Part shown: in pieces, positions 18,100 through 27,670 of the stretch
Layout: each line of letters opens with the position of its first letter
Numbering within the stretch: position 1 is the first letter of the stretch
IMG/VR virus record: IMGVR_UViG_3300021425_002553
Coordinates: 1-60,661 of that record
Origin: a virus
Lineage: Duplodnaviria > Caudoviricetes
Direction: 5' to 3' (one strand)
DNA length: 60,661 nt
Notes under the pieces: model-generated
Seen by the model: the letters and a program-made list of their open reading frames with translations, nothing else
What the model was told of the DNA's origin: nothing
Databases searched by the model: none
Translations under genes and position numbers: made by a program

Positions 18100-18335
18100 T
18101 GAAGATTCTCCTTGAGAGATTCCCCTATCGTTATGTTGAATGTGGAACCCTAGAAAATGGGTTCCCTGACTTTCGTATTCAAAAAGCGCATGAGTATACT
18201 AAACGATACTCAGACATGTATCTTCTTGATAATCGGATGCAACTTCTGACTGCTATGGAAGACTTTGATTATACTCTCTGGCTAGACCCTGCTGGAGTAC
18301 CTTGTTATATTAAAGACAGGGTGTCAAATAAATAG
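18099..18335 (+). CDS. hypothetical protein
   Basis: MKILLERFPYRYVE..., TGATG overlap. Confidence 0.75.
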   Translation: MKILLERFPYRYVECGTLENGFPDFRIQKAHEYTKRYSDMYLLDNRMQLLTAMEDFDYTLWLDPAGVPCYIKDRVSNK

Positions 18336-18358
18336 GTTAGAATATTTTTTAATCTATC

Positions 18359-18598
18359 ATGGCAATGAGAAAAACATCTTCTTCTGGTGCATTCATGAGT
18401 CAGTATGATCAGGAAGTTGAGAAGAGACTAAAGGCTCTTGAGGCTGAAGTTCTGTCACTCAAAGCACAACTTCAAGTAAAGGCTGAGGCACCTGCAGCAG
18501 CACCTACTGGTCTTGAGGGTAAGTTTGATGAACTCGTCAGAGTTTTGAAGATGAACGAAGGTCTCAATATCTCCAAGCTTTCAAAGGGTACACTTTGA
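18359..18598 (+). CDS. hypothetical coiled-coil protein
   Basis: 79 aa following TAAATA. Confidence 0.7.
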   Translation: MAMRKTSSSGAFMSQYDQEVEKRLKALEAEVLSLKAQLQVKAEAPAAAPTGLEGKFDELVRVLKMNEGLNISKLSKGTL

Positions 18599-18603
18599 CA
18601 TTA

Positions 18604-18810
18604 GTCACGGATTGACTCTAAAAATGCCCTGGTCGGTAGAAGGTCCCCTTCTTCCCGCGTTTCTTGGTTCGTAAAATCAAGTGGTGGAGTCACTAGACCC
18701 AACTGAGTTTACTAATTCTCCAAAGATTAGTTGGTGCGGATGGAGGAAACTCCCGCCTGAGATTTAGTTATTACTCAGTGATAAAAATAACTTGGCGTGC
18801 ATGGAGCCCA
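18604..18810 (+). ncRNA. manA/wcaG-like structured RNA
   Basis: Non-coding ~205 nt; repeated TGGYG-hairpin-pseudoknot units; lies after tRNAs and upstream of sugar-nucleotide genes, as described for these cyanophage motifs. Confidence 0.6.
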
Positions 18811-18812
18811 TG

Positions 18813-18850
18813 AAGGAGGTCTTGACAAAGGCCTCCTTTTTTCATACAAT
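18813..18850 (+). terminator. terminator overlapping a sigma70 promoter
   Basis: AAGGAGGTCTT-GACA-AAGGCCTCCTT plus T-run; TTGACA(18822)-N17-TACAAT. Confidence 0.75.
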
Positions 18851-18876
18851 ACATACATATGGTATGATCTTTTATA

Positions 18877-19209
18877 ATGAAGATTGGATTTAATTGTAGT
18901 TCCTTTGACCTGTTTCATGCTGGTCATGTGACGATGTTGAAGATGGAGAAAGAGTTATGTGATTGGTTGATCGTAGCCTTCAGGTTGATCCCACTATCGA
19001 CAGACCTGGTATCAAAAATAAACCAACCCAAAGTGTGTATGAGAGGTATGTACAAGTACAGGGTTGTCGAATATGTCAATGATAGACCAGGACATGATGT
19101 GAGATATTCGACATCAAACAAAAAAATAATGACTGAAATTGATTGGTCACCAAAGACTGACATTGCAACTGGACTCCTCAAAACAATTCTCCATTATGAA
19201 AATCATTAA
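18877..19209 (+). pseudogene. chimeric ORF: TagD-like cytidylyltransferase 5' part (frameshifted) fused to dTDP-glucose 4,6-dehydratase C-terminus
   Basis: FDLFHAGH start; shifted frame continues QVDPTIDRPGIKNKPTQSVYERY; end EYVNDRPGHDVRYS is RfbB-like. Confidence 0.8.
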
Positions 19210-19732
19210 TACTCCTCTCGATGGTGCATACATCATCGAACAACCACGACACTATGATGATCGTGGATATTTTCTTGAGTCGTATAATAAGAGAGACTTT
19301 GCTGAGATCGGACTCGATGTAGAATTCGTTCAGGACAATCACTCATCATCCACCGTGAATGTACTTCGTGGTCTTCACTATCAGGTCAATAAACCACAAG
19401 GCAAGTTGGTCAGATGTATGAAGGGATGGATTCACGATGTTATTGTTGACCTGAGACTGTCATCCAACACCTTTGGAGAACATTTCAAGGTTGATCTTCA
19501 TCGACCTGAGTTGATGTTGTGGGTACCAGAAGGATTTGCCCATGGTTTCTACGTCAAGAGTGACAGAGCACATGTCTGTTACAAGACAACTGAGTATTAT
19601 TACAAGGAATATAATCGTGTCCTTCTATGGAATGATCCTGAACTTGATATTGAATGGGAAACATCTACACCGATTCTGTCGGGACAAGATAAGAGAGGTA
19701 AGACTTTAGAGGAGTGTGACAAGTATGAATAA
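19196..19732 (+). CDS. rfbC: dTDP-4-dehydrorhamnose 3,5-epimerase
   Basis: DDRGYFLE, FVQDNHS, VLRGLHYQ, QGKLVRC, GFAHGF. Confidence 0.95.
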   Translation: MKIINTPLDGAYIIEQPRHYDDRGYFLESYNKRDFAEIGLDVEFVQDNHSSSTVNVLRGLHYQVNKPQGKLVRCMKGWIHDVIVDLRLSSNTFGEHFKVDLHRPELMLWVPEGFAHGFYVKSDRAHVCYKTTEYYYKEYNRVLLWNDPELDIEWETSTPILSGQDKRGKTLEECDKYE

Positions 19733-20546
19733 TCTATCCGTATTCGGTGCTTCAGGATATGTCGGTAGTAATTACTGTCGAATGTATCCTGGTAATATTC
19801 CTATCCCTCGTGGTCAGAGACATCCTGAGTCGTCTGACATTCTGTACTTCATCAGTACAACAACGAATCAGAACGTCTTCAAGGATCTGCAGATCGACAT
19901 TGATACTAATCTGAAGATCCTGACTGAAGTATTGTCACATTGTAAAAGAACTGACACTGTATTCAACTTTGTGAGTTCAGGTTTTGTTTATGACAATGAC
20001 ATCATTGATGCAAAGGAAGATGATCCCTGTAATCCAACAGGTTTCTATTCGATCACCAAGAGGTGTGCAGAGTCACTGGTAATCTCATACTGTAAAACCT
20101 TTGGTATTGACTATCGTATCTTCAGGATCGGAAACGTGTTTGGTATCGATCCCACAGTCACTCAAGGGAAGAATGTTCTTGGGTATCTGATTCGATGTCT
20201 GAAGAAGAATGATCCTATCAAGATGTACGGTGGTGGTGATTATCAGAAAGACTACATGTATGTTGATGATGTGTGTAGAGCCATGGATGAACTCATGGTG
20301 AATGGAGATAAAAACGAGATCTATAATATTGGAACAGGTGTATCACGTTCCTTTAAAGAGATCATTGAATATTGTAAGGATAAGGTAGGTAGCACAAGTG
20401 AGATTATTGACGTACCTTTCCCCGACGATCAAGACTATCTACAGATCAAGAACTTCACAATGAACGTGGACAAACTCAATGCGATTGGGTTCGTTCCCAA
20501 ACTTGACATTGACACAGGACTTGATATGATGTGTGAAGTCTACTAG
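19725..20546 (+). CDS. NAD-dependent epimerase/dehydratase
   Basis: GASGYVG; YSITK. Confidence 0.88.
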   Translation: MNNLSVFGASGYVGSNYCRMYPGNIPIPRGQRHPESSDILYFISTTTNQNVFKDLQIDIDTNLKILTEVLSHCKRTDTVFNFVSSGFVYDNDIIDAKEDDPCNPTGFYSITKRCAESLVISYCKTFGIDYRIFRIGNVFGIDPTVTQGKNVLGYLIRCLKKNDPIKMYGGGDYQKDYMYVDDVCRAMDELMVNGDKNEIYNIGTGVSRSFKEIIEYCKDKVGSTSEIIDVPFPDDQDYLQIKNFTMNVDKLNAIGFVPKLDIDTGLDMMCEVY

Positions 20547-20584
20547 ATTTTTTAAGGATACATAGTAAGTAATTCATGGATGTT

Positions 20585-21694
20585 ATGACTGAGTATAAGA
20601 AGACTGCACTGGTTCTCGGTGCAGGTGGTTTCATTGGTAGTCACATGGTGAAACGATTACGGTCAGAAGGGTATTGGGTTCGTGGTGTTGATCTGAAACG
20701 ACCCGAGTATTCTGAGACTGAAGCAAACGAGTTCATTCAGGGTGACCTGCGTGATGTAGAATTTGTTCGCCGTGTCATTCAGTTCAAGGGTGAACAAGGG
20801 AATTTTTACAATTCAGTTCCTTACCAATACATTCGTCCCTTCGACGAGATCTATCAGTTTGCTGCTGATATGGGTGGTGCAGGTTTTGTTTTCACTGGTG
20901 ATAACGATGCAGACATCATGCATAACTCAGTCTCTATCAACCTGAATGTTCTTGAAGAAGTTCGTAAACTGAATGAGACCTTTGATGGTGTGACCAGGGA
21001 GTATACTGAGTGTAATCGACCTGATCTGTGTCAACCCACTAAGATCTTCTATTCTGGATCGGCATGCATGTATCCAGAACATAACCAACTTGATCCTGAT
21101 AACCCTGATTGTCGTGAAGAATCAGCATACCCAGCAGACCCAGACTCCGAGTACGGATGGGAGAAACTCTTCTCTGAACGTCTCTACTTTGCTTACAGTA
21201 GGAACCATGGTATCCCTGTTCGTGTTGCTAGGTATCACAATATTTTTGGACCTGAAGGAACCTGGGACGGAGGAAGAGAGAAGGCACCAGCTGCAATCTG
21301 CCGTAAAGTCGCTTACCTCCCGAACGTGGGTGGAGGTATCGAGGTGTGGGGAGATGGCTTACAAACTCGTTCCTTCCTGTACATTGATGAATGCATTGAA
21401 GCAACTCGACGACTGATGGATAGTGACTTCCAAGGACCAGTCAATATTGGTTCTGAGGAGATGGTCACCATCAATGAGTTGGTTGAAACTGCTGCAAAGG
21501 TATCTGATAAAGTAGTCAGAAAGATCTATAAACTCGACGCTCCTACGGGGGTTCGTGGTCGTAATTCAAACAATGATCTCATCCGTGAGAAACTTGGTTG
21601 GGATTACTCTCAGACTCTTGAAGAGGGTATCCGTAAGACATACGAATGGATTTGTACACAAATTGAGGAGAATACAAATGGGACTAGCAATTAA
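20585..21694 (+). CDS. GDP-mannose 3,5-epimerase-like NAD-dependent epimerase
   Basis: GAGGFIG, AADMGG, YGWEK, GGREKAPAA. Confidence 0.88.
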   Translation: MTEYKKTALVLGAGGFIGSHMVKRLRSEGYWVRGVDLKRPEYSETEANEFIQGDLRDVEFVRRVIQFKGEQGNFYNSVPYQYIRPFDEIYQFAADMGGAGFVFTGDNDADIMHNSVSINLNVLEEVRKLNETFDGVTREYTECNRPDLCQPTKIFYSGSACMYPEHNQLDPDNPDCREESAYPADPDSEYGWEKLFSERLYFAYSRNHGIPVRVARYHNIFGPEGTWDGGREKAPAAICRKVAYLPNVGGGIEVWGDGLQTRSFLYIDECIEATRRLMDSDFQGPVNIGSEEMVTINELVETAAKVSDKVVRKIYKLDAPTGVRGRNSNNDLIREKLGWDYSQTLEEGIRKTYEWICTQIEENTNGTSN

Positions 21695-22391
21695 TAAGAT
21701 TCATGAGATGGTAGGTAACCGTAAACCTGTGGTTATCTTTGAAGTAGGTTGTGCAGATGGTACTGATTCCAAAGAATTCCTTCGTCAGTTCGGTCCTGAT
21801 CTGAAACTGTATACTTTTGACCCAGACCCTACGAACATCAAAGCGATGTCTGCAGAGGGTGGTAAGGATGTCAAAGGTGTATCAAACAATAAACTTCGTT
21901 CTGATGGTCGTCATACTTTCACCCCTTGTGCAATTGCTGCACAGGATGGTGCGACCACCTTCACACGTTCAAGAAACGTTAATGCACCCGATGGTGGTGT
22001 AGACTTTGGTAGATATTCTGGTTCTATCTACGAACCAAAGACCATTATTGATGGTGGTCCAAAGGGTAATCGTTGGCCATTTATTAAGTATGATGAGAAG
22101 ATTACAGTAAACACTCGTAGTCTTGACTCTTTCTGTGAAGAGAATGGTATTGATCACATCGACTTTTTGTGGATGGATGTTCAGGGTGCAGAAAAAGAAG
22201 TGTTCCTTGGTGCAAAGAATATGATCGGTAAGATTGATTATATCTACACTGAGTATCACGAAGAGGAAATGTATGAAGGTGCAACCAATCTCCAAACTGT
22301 ATCTGATCTTCTTCCTGGATACGAATTAGCACAGAACTGGCCATACACTGATGTGATGGGTGGTGATGCATTGTTTAAACTGAGAGACTGA
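21678..22391 (+). CDS. FkbM family methyltransferase
   Basis: IFEVGCADG; IDFLWMDVQGAE. Confidence 0.88.
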   Translation: MGLAINKIHEMVGNRKPVVIFEVGCADGTDSKEFLRQFGPDLKLYTFDPDPTNIKAMSAEGGKDVKGVSNNKLRSDGRHTFTPCAIAAQDGATTFTRSRNVNAPDGGVDFGRYSGSIYEPKTIIDGGPKGNRWPFIKYDEKITVNTRSLDSFCEENGIDHIDFLWMDVQGAEKEVFLGAKNMIGKIDYIYTEYHEEEMYEGATNLQTVSDLLPGYELAQNWPYTDVMGGDALFKLRD

Positions 22392-22392
22392 C

Positions 22393-23277
22393 ATGAAAGT
22401 ATTTGACGTATTTCTTTTTGGTTATGAATTAGATCTGTTGGAGATTCGGATGAATCTCCTTGATCCTTATGTTGATTATTTCGTATTCAGTGAAGGTGGT
22501 AAAACTTTCTCTGGTGAGGACAAAGGGTTTATCTTTAAGAAGACTGACAAGAGATTTAAGAAGTTCAAAGATAAGATCATCTACACGAAGATCAAAGAAC
22601 CAACTCAAGAAGAACTTCAGGCTAAAGGTATCGAATATAATGTGAGGAAAGAGTCTTTCATGAGAGACACATACTATAAGGATAGTATCATGGAAGTTCT
22701 GAAGGAACATTGTACGGATGAAGATGTAATCATTTGGAGTGATTTGGACGAGGTTCCAAATCCCGAGGTGATTGCTCAGTTTCAAGAATTCTACACACCT
22801 GGTACGGTCTATAACTTTGCACAAGACAACTATCAAGCTGCCTTGAATTGGTTCGAGACCAGTGGTACTATTGTCTCTCAGACTCAAGACTTCTCCTATG
22901 AGGAAGAAGGACCACGTTGGATCGGCACAAAGATGTGTGACTTTGCCACACTGAAGAAGTACTCCATGACTAGCATGAGACGTGAACTACCAAAAGAAAA
23001 CAATCTCCGTATCTACCCAGGTGGTTGGCACTGGAGTACAGTTGGTAGTGATGAAGAGACATCGATGTATGATCGAGTGATGAAGAAGATCAAGTCTTCC
23101 GCACACACTGAGTTGAATAATGATAAGCTCATTGGTGAGTTAGAGGAACGTCTGAAGGATGGTCGTTCACCACTTGGACAGGACAATGCATCTTATTGTA
23201 TCTGTCACTTCGATGAAGATCGATTCCCTCAATACCTGATCGATAACCAAGAGAAGTATTCTTATCTAATCAAATGA
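22393..23277 (+). CDS. GT17-like glycosyltransferase
   Basis: FDVFLFGYELDLLEIR, SDLDEVP, GGWHWS. Confidence 0.85.
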   Translation: MKVFDVFLFGYELDLLEIRMNLLDPYVDYFVFSEGGKTFSGEDKGFIFKKTDKRFKKFKDKIIYTKIKEPTQEELQAKGIEYNVRKESFMRDTYYKDSIMEVLKEHCTDEDVIIWSDLDEVPNPEVIAQFQEFYTPGTVYNFAQDNYQAALNWFETSGTIVSQTQDFSYEEEGPRWIGTKMCDFATLKKYSMTSMRRELPKENNLRIYPGGWHWSTVGSDEETSMYDRVMKKIKSSAHTELNNDKLIGELEERLKDGRSPLGQDNASYCICHFDEDRFPQYLIDNQEKYSYLIK

Positions 23278-24248
23278 TTGTTACTGAGATCTATAGGGGT
23301 TCTGGACTGGGAAACCAGATCTGGAACCTTGTCGTATCTAGAATCCTTGCACATCGACATGGATATGAATGGGGAGTCATGAAGACCACTCCTTTCAAGG
23401 CAAGAAAGTTCATGCCTGACTTTGACTTTGGTAAGGAAGTCATCGGTGGTTCTACACCTAGGGAAGGACAACAACCTGTGTCTCTCCCACAAGGTATCAA
23501 ACACTACATTCGTGAACAGTCTATCCCCCTTCCTCAGTGTGGACATGACGGTATCTTCTTTGATCTTGGTCTGTGGAATAACCTTCCTGACAATTCAAAG
23601 ATCGATGGATTGTTTCAGTGTCTGACTTATCTGGAAGGTCAAAAGGATATTATCAGAGAGTGGTTGAAGACTAATATTGATGTCAGAGATTACTCTGATG
23701 ATGATACCTGTGTCATTCACTTCCGTGGTGGTGAGTATTTGATTACTGCATCATGGTTGGAACCTAAGTTCTATGAGGATGCACGTGATCGGATGTTGGA
23801 ACACAATCCAAACATGAAGTTCGTTGTGGTCACTGATGACCCTGAGAATGCAAATAAGTTTATCCCATGGGCAAAGGTTGTAGGTGCGACCACTCTTTCT
23901 GAACAGGAAGACATCGAACAAGGTACAGGATTCTTCAAGTATAAAGGTGGTAATATCGGGGTTGATTGGTCGATCCTATATAATGCTAGGAATGTAATTA
24001 TGTCTGCATCGACATTTTCTTTCTGGCCTGTATGGACAAGTGAAGAAGTAAAGAAAGTAATCGCTCCTAAGTATTGGTTCGACCACAAGACATCAGATGG
24101 ATGGTGGAGAGGTGACGACATGATCGTACCAACATGGGACTACATCGATAGAGATGGTAAAGAGTTCCATGGAACCGAGTGCGAGAAGGAATGGGATATT
24201 TACAGATCCAAGAGTCCGTTGTATACTAGAAACTACACTGTAGAATAA
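23274..24248 (+). CDS. GT11-like (alpha-1,2-fucosyltransferase family) glycosyltransferase
   Basis: GLGNQ, IHFRGGEY, STFSFW. Confidence 0.82.
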   Translation: MIVTEIYRGSGLGNQIWNLVVSRILAHRHGYEWGVMKTTPFKARKFMPDFDFGKEVIGGSTPREGQQPVSLPQGIKHYIREQSIPLPQCGHDGIFFDLGLWNNLPDNSKIDGLFQCLTYLEGQKDIIREWLKTNIDVRDYSDDDTCVIHFRGGEYLITASWLEPKFYEDARDRMLEHNPNMKFVVVTDDPENANKFIPWAKVVGATTLSEQEDIEQGTGFFKYKGGNIGVDWSILYNARNVIMSASTFSFWPVWTSEEVKKVIAPKYWFDHKTSDGWWRGDDMIVPTWDYIDRDGKEFHGTECEKEWDIYRSKSPLYTRNYTVE

Positions 24249-24249
24249 T

Positions 24250-25545
24250 ATGTACCAACTCATTGATAATTTCATCAAGGATGCCAAGGAGATGGACGAT
24301 AACGTCTTCCCCTTCATGGCAAACAAAGATTGGAAACCAGGTAACAATGTGTATTACTCTGGTCCTTACTGGAATGATCTTGAAGCACAAGAACTTATCT
24401 ACGCAGTGATGAAAGGTAAGTGGTTGTCTTCTGGTGAGAAGGTGAACAAGTTTGAGAAGGAGTTCTCAGATCACTTTGGATTTGATCACTCTGTCATGGT
24501 GAACTCTGGTTCATCTGCAAACTTGGTGATGATTGCTGCTCTGAAGAAATACTTCGGGTGGGAAGATGGTGATGAGATCATCGTCTGTTCCTGTGGTTTT
24601 GCTACAACGATTGCTCCTGTTGTTCAGGCTGGTCTGAAACCTGTGTTCGTGGACATCAACTGGGAAGACCTGAACTGGAATATGGATCAGGTGTTCGAGA
24701 AGGTCACACCAAGAACCCGTGCAGTATTCTCTTCTCCAGTTCTGGGTAATACATATGACCTGGATAGACTGGTGAAGTTCTGTAAGGCAAAGGGTATTGA
24801 GATTATTGCTGACAACTGTGACAGTCTTGGTAGTAAGTACAAGGGTGAGTATCTGACCAAACATGCAGTTGCTGCATCTTGTTCTTTCTATCCTGCACAC
24901 CACATCTGTACCATCGAAGGTGGTATGGTCTCGTCTAACATCAAAGGTATTGTAGACCTGGCTCGTAGTTTTGCATGGTGGGGTCGTGGTTGTTACTGTG
25001 TTGGACAACAAAACCTGTTGACTAATGGTGTCTGTGGTCGTCGTTTTGATACCTGGTTGGATGGTTATGAAGACATCGTAGATCACAAGTATGTTTTTGC
25101 ACAGATGGGATACAATCTCAAACCACTCGACATGCAAGGTGCTGTGGGTTCTGTTCAACTCTTGAAGTTTGCTGAGATTCACTCACTTCGTAGAAAGAAT
25201 AAGGAAAGAATCCAAAAGATCATCGAGACCATTCCTGGTTGTCGTGTTGTCAACGAACGTGAAGACAGTGAGACAAGTTGGTTTGGTGTACCTATTGTAT
25301 GTGACGACAAGAAACTGAAACACTCTCTTGTCGCTCACCTTGAGAAGAATAAAGTTCAGACTCGTAATTACTTCGCAGGTAACATTCTTCTTCATCCTGG
25401 TTACTCACACCTTGATGATGCAATGAAGTATCCCGAGGCCAATAAGGTTCTTAACACTGTGTTCTTCTTGGGTTGTTCTCCTGTCATCACTGATGATATG
25501 ATTGATTACATTGGACAAGTAGTAGAGGAATTCAAGAATGCTTGA
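24250..25545 (+). CDS. DegT/DnrJ family, CDP-4-keto-6-deoxyglucose 3-dehydratase (RfbH/DdhC)-like
   Basis: VNSGSSAN; SFYPAHHI (His in place of the PLP Lys); GRGCYC...GVC Fe-S cysteines. Confidence 0.85.
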   Translation: MYQLIDNFIKDAKEMDDNVFPFMANKDWKPGNNVYYSGPYWNDLEAQELIYAVMKGKWLSSGEKVNKFEKEFSDHFGFDHSVMVNSGSSANLVMIAALKKYFGWEDGDEIIVCSCGFATTIAPVVQAGLKPVFVDINWEDLNWNMDQVFEKVTPRTRAVFSSPVLGNTYDLDRLVKFCKAKGIEIIADNCDSLGSKYKGEYLTKHAVAASCSFYPAHHICTIEGGMVSSNIKGIVDLARSFAWWGRGCYCVGQQNLLTNGVCGRRFDTWLDGYEDIVDHKYVFAQMGYNLKPLDMQGAVGSVQLLKFAEIHSLRRKNKERIQKIIETIPGCRVVNEREDSETSWFGVPIVCDDKKLKHSLVAHLEKNKVQTRNYFAGNILLHPGYSHLDDAMKYPEANKVLNTVFFLGCSPVITDDMIDYIGQVVEEFKNA

Positions 25546-26260
25546 TCTATCCAGAGTTACATGCTTTGCGATTGACAATACAAATCGAATAGAAGAAACC
25601 ATCAAGGCACTTCATACTTGTAAAAGTGTTGCAAACTTTGGGGAGGTCAAGTTAGTTACCACCCCTGAGTATGTCACCAAGTACAAAGACGAACTGTCCT
25701 CTGATGGTATTTTAGTAGAGGAACAAGTCAGACCACTGACCAACATCGACGAATATAATTACTATATTCTTTATCATGTTCACAAGCACATTGACACGGA
25801 ATATGTTCTCCTCATCCAAGATCACGCGTTCATACTTAATCCTGATGCCTGGATGGATCAGTTTTATGATTATGATTACATTGGCGCACCCTGGCCATAT
25901 CGAGACAGAGCATACATCACCCCATACGGTGAACATCAAAGAGTAGGTAATGGTGGATTTTCTTTCCGATCAAAGAAACTATTAGAAGTACCAACACATA
26001 CATGGATTCCATTCAACGTTGCAGAGACTGCACCAGACTTCTACAAGATGTTCGGTAGTAAAAACACAAATGAAGACGGTAACATCACTGTACATAACAA
26101 ACACTTATATGAGAAGTGTGGGTGTAAGATTGCTCCTATTGAGATTGCAAAGCACTTCTCATACGAGTCCCCAGTTCCTGAGAATCGTGGTATAATTCCC
26201 TTTGGGTTCCATAATAACCTTCCACCTGGTGTAGAAGTGGAGGGTTACAACCCCCGATAA
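25538..26260 (+). CDS. DUF5672-like putative glycosyltransferase
   Basis: YDYIGAPW, VGNGGFSFRS, FGFH. Confidence 0.8.
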   Translation: MLDLSRVTCFAIDNTNRIEETIKALHTCKSVANFGEVKLVTTPEYVTKYKDELSSDGILVEEQVRPLTNIDEYNYYILYHVHKHIDTEYVLLIQDHAFILNPDAWMDQFYDYDYIGAPWPYRDRAYITPYGEHQRVGNGGFSFRSKKLLEVPTHTWIPFNVAETAPDFYKMFGSKNTNEDGNITVHNKHLYEKCGCKIAPIEIAKHFSYESPVPENRGIIPFGFHNNLPPGVEVEGYNPR

Positions 26261-26282
26261 ATATTTCAAATTCATTATTGCT

Positions 26283-26966
26283 ATGTCATTTGTTTATAAT
26301 GCACCCTCCTTTGTTGAGGAGGATAATGTGTTTCCTGAAGGTCCTAAGAGAACTGATAACAACACAGCAGGTTACACTCTCAATCACGTCACCTTTGCAG
26401 AACGTATTGAAGAGCTTGGAGGAGAAGGAGATATTCTAGAGTTTGGTGTCTGTAGTGGTGGTACAATCCTCCCTATTGGACAGAAGAATCCATCCCGTAA
26501 AGTCTTTGGTTTCGATCACTTCAAAGGTTTGGAGGTCACACAGCAACCCACACCATCCTATGCTGGATGGGCAGAGGGTGCATTCCGTATTGGTGATCCT
26601 TCCTATACCTGGATCCCCAAGACTGTTGAAGATGTAAAGAGAAAGTGTTCTGTCTCACCTAACATCAAGATCTTTGTCGAAGATGTTCATGACATGGTAG
26701 AGAAAGAACCATCTGACTTTGGTATTGGTAAGGTTGGTGCGATTCATATTGACCTGGACATCTACGAACCCACTGTCTCCGCATTTAAGTTCATCGATAA
26801 GTGTGAGTGGGATCAATTGTACTTCCGTTTCGATGACTGGCATGGTCATGAACCTGACTACGATCACCATGAGAGAAAAGCATTCCGAGAGTGGTTGACC
26901 AAACACGGATACAAGTTTGAAATCTATGAAGATGGTATCAGTGCTGGTGTCAAGGTATGGAAATAA
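26283..26966 (+). CDS. TylF/MycF-like SAM-dependent methyltransferase
   Basis: ILEFGV, FGFDHFKGL, IHIDLDIYE, FDDW. Confidence 0.82.
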   Translation: MSFVYNAPSFVEEDNVFPEGPKRTDNNTAGYTLNHVTFAERIEELGGEGDILEFGVCSGGTILPIGQKNPSRKVFGFDHFKGLEVTQQPTPSYAGWAEGAFRIGDPSYTWIPKTVEDVKRKCSVSPNIKIFVEDVHDMVEKEPSDFGIGKVGAIHIDLDIYEPTVSAFKFIDKCEWDQLYFRFDDWHGHEPDYDHHERKAFREWLTKHGYKFEIYEDGISAGVKVWK

Positions 26967-27670
26967 AGGTATCTGTAGTCATCCCTTGTTATGAATATGG
27001 TGGTAAGGGTGTCAGATATCTTTCTGATATGTTTCGAACCATCTCACAGCAGACACTTAAAGAAGTAGAAGTTATTGTCACAGATCAGAGTTTTGATACA
27101 GAGATTGAAGATTTCTGTAATGACAATATCTTTGATCTGAACATCGTGTACTTCAGAGATGAAGAACATAGAGGAGATGTCGCAACCAATATGAACATCG
27201 GAATGGATCTTGCCAAGGGTGAGGTTGTCAAGATGATGTTCATGGATGACTACTTCTATACTAAAGATGCGTTAGAGAAAACTTATAATTCATTAGTGAA
27301 CTCTGGTAAGATGTGGTTAGTTTGTGGAACTAATCATACTAGAGATGATGGTAGAACAGTTGATACATTCCTGATGCCAAGATGGAATGACAATATGTTG
27401 AGAGCAAGAGGTAACAATACCATGAGTGGTGTTGCGGTTATCTCTTACAAGAACAAAGATATGGATGTAAGGTGGGATCCTAAGACATGTATGTTATTGG
27501 ATATTGATTTCTACTATTCATTGAGAACTAAGTACGGAGATTGTTATTATCTGAATGATTGTCTCATGACTCAAAGAGTCAACAAGGATGCACTATCCTC
27601 CACAATTAGTGACGAAGAAGTACAGAAAGAATTTGAATATTGTAGAAAGAAACACGGTATCACATTATGA
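26957..27670 (+). CDS. GT2 glycosyltransferase
   Basis: VSVVIPCY, AKGEVV..MDD. Confidence 0.88.
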   Translation: MEIKVSVVIPCYEYGGKGVRYLSDMFRTISQQTLKEVEVIVTDQSFDTEIEDFCNDNIFDLNIVYFRDEEHRGDVATNMNIGMDLAKGEVVKMMFMDDYFYTKDALEKTYNSLVNSGKMWLVCGTNHTRDDGRTVDTFLMPRWNDNMLRARGNNTMSGVAVISYKNKDMDVRWDPKTCMLLDIDFYYSLRTKYGDCYYLNDCLMTQRVNKDALSSTISDEEVQKEFEYCRKKHGITL

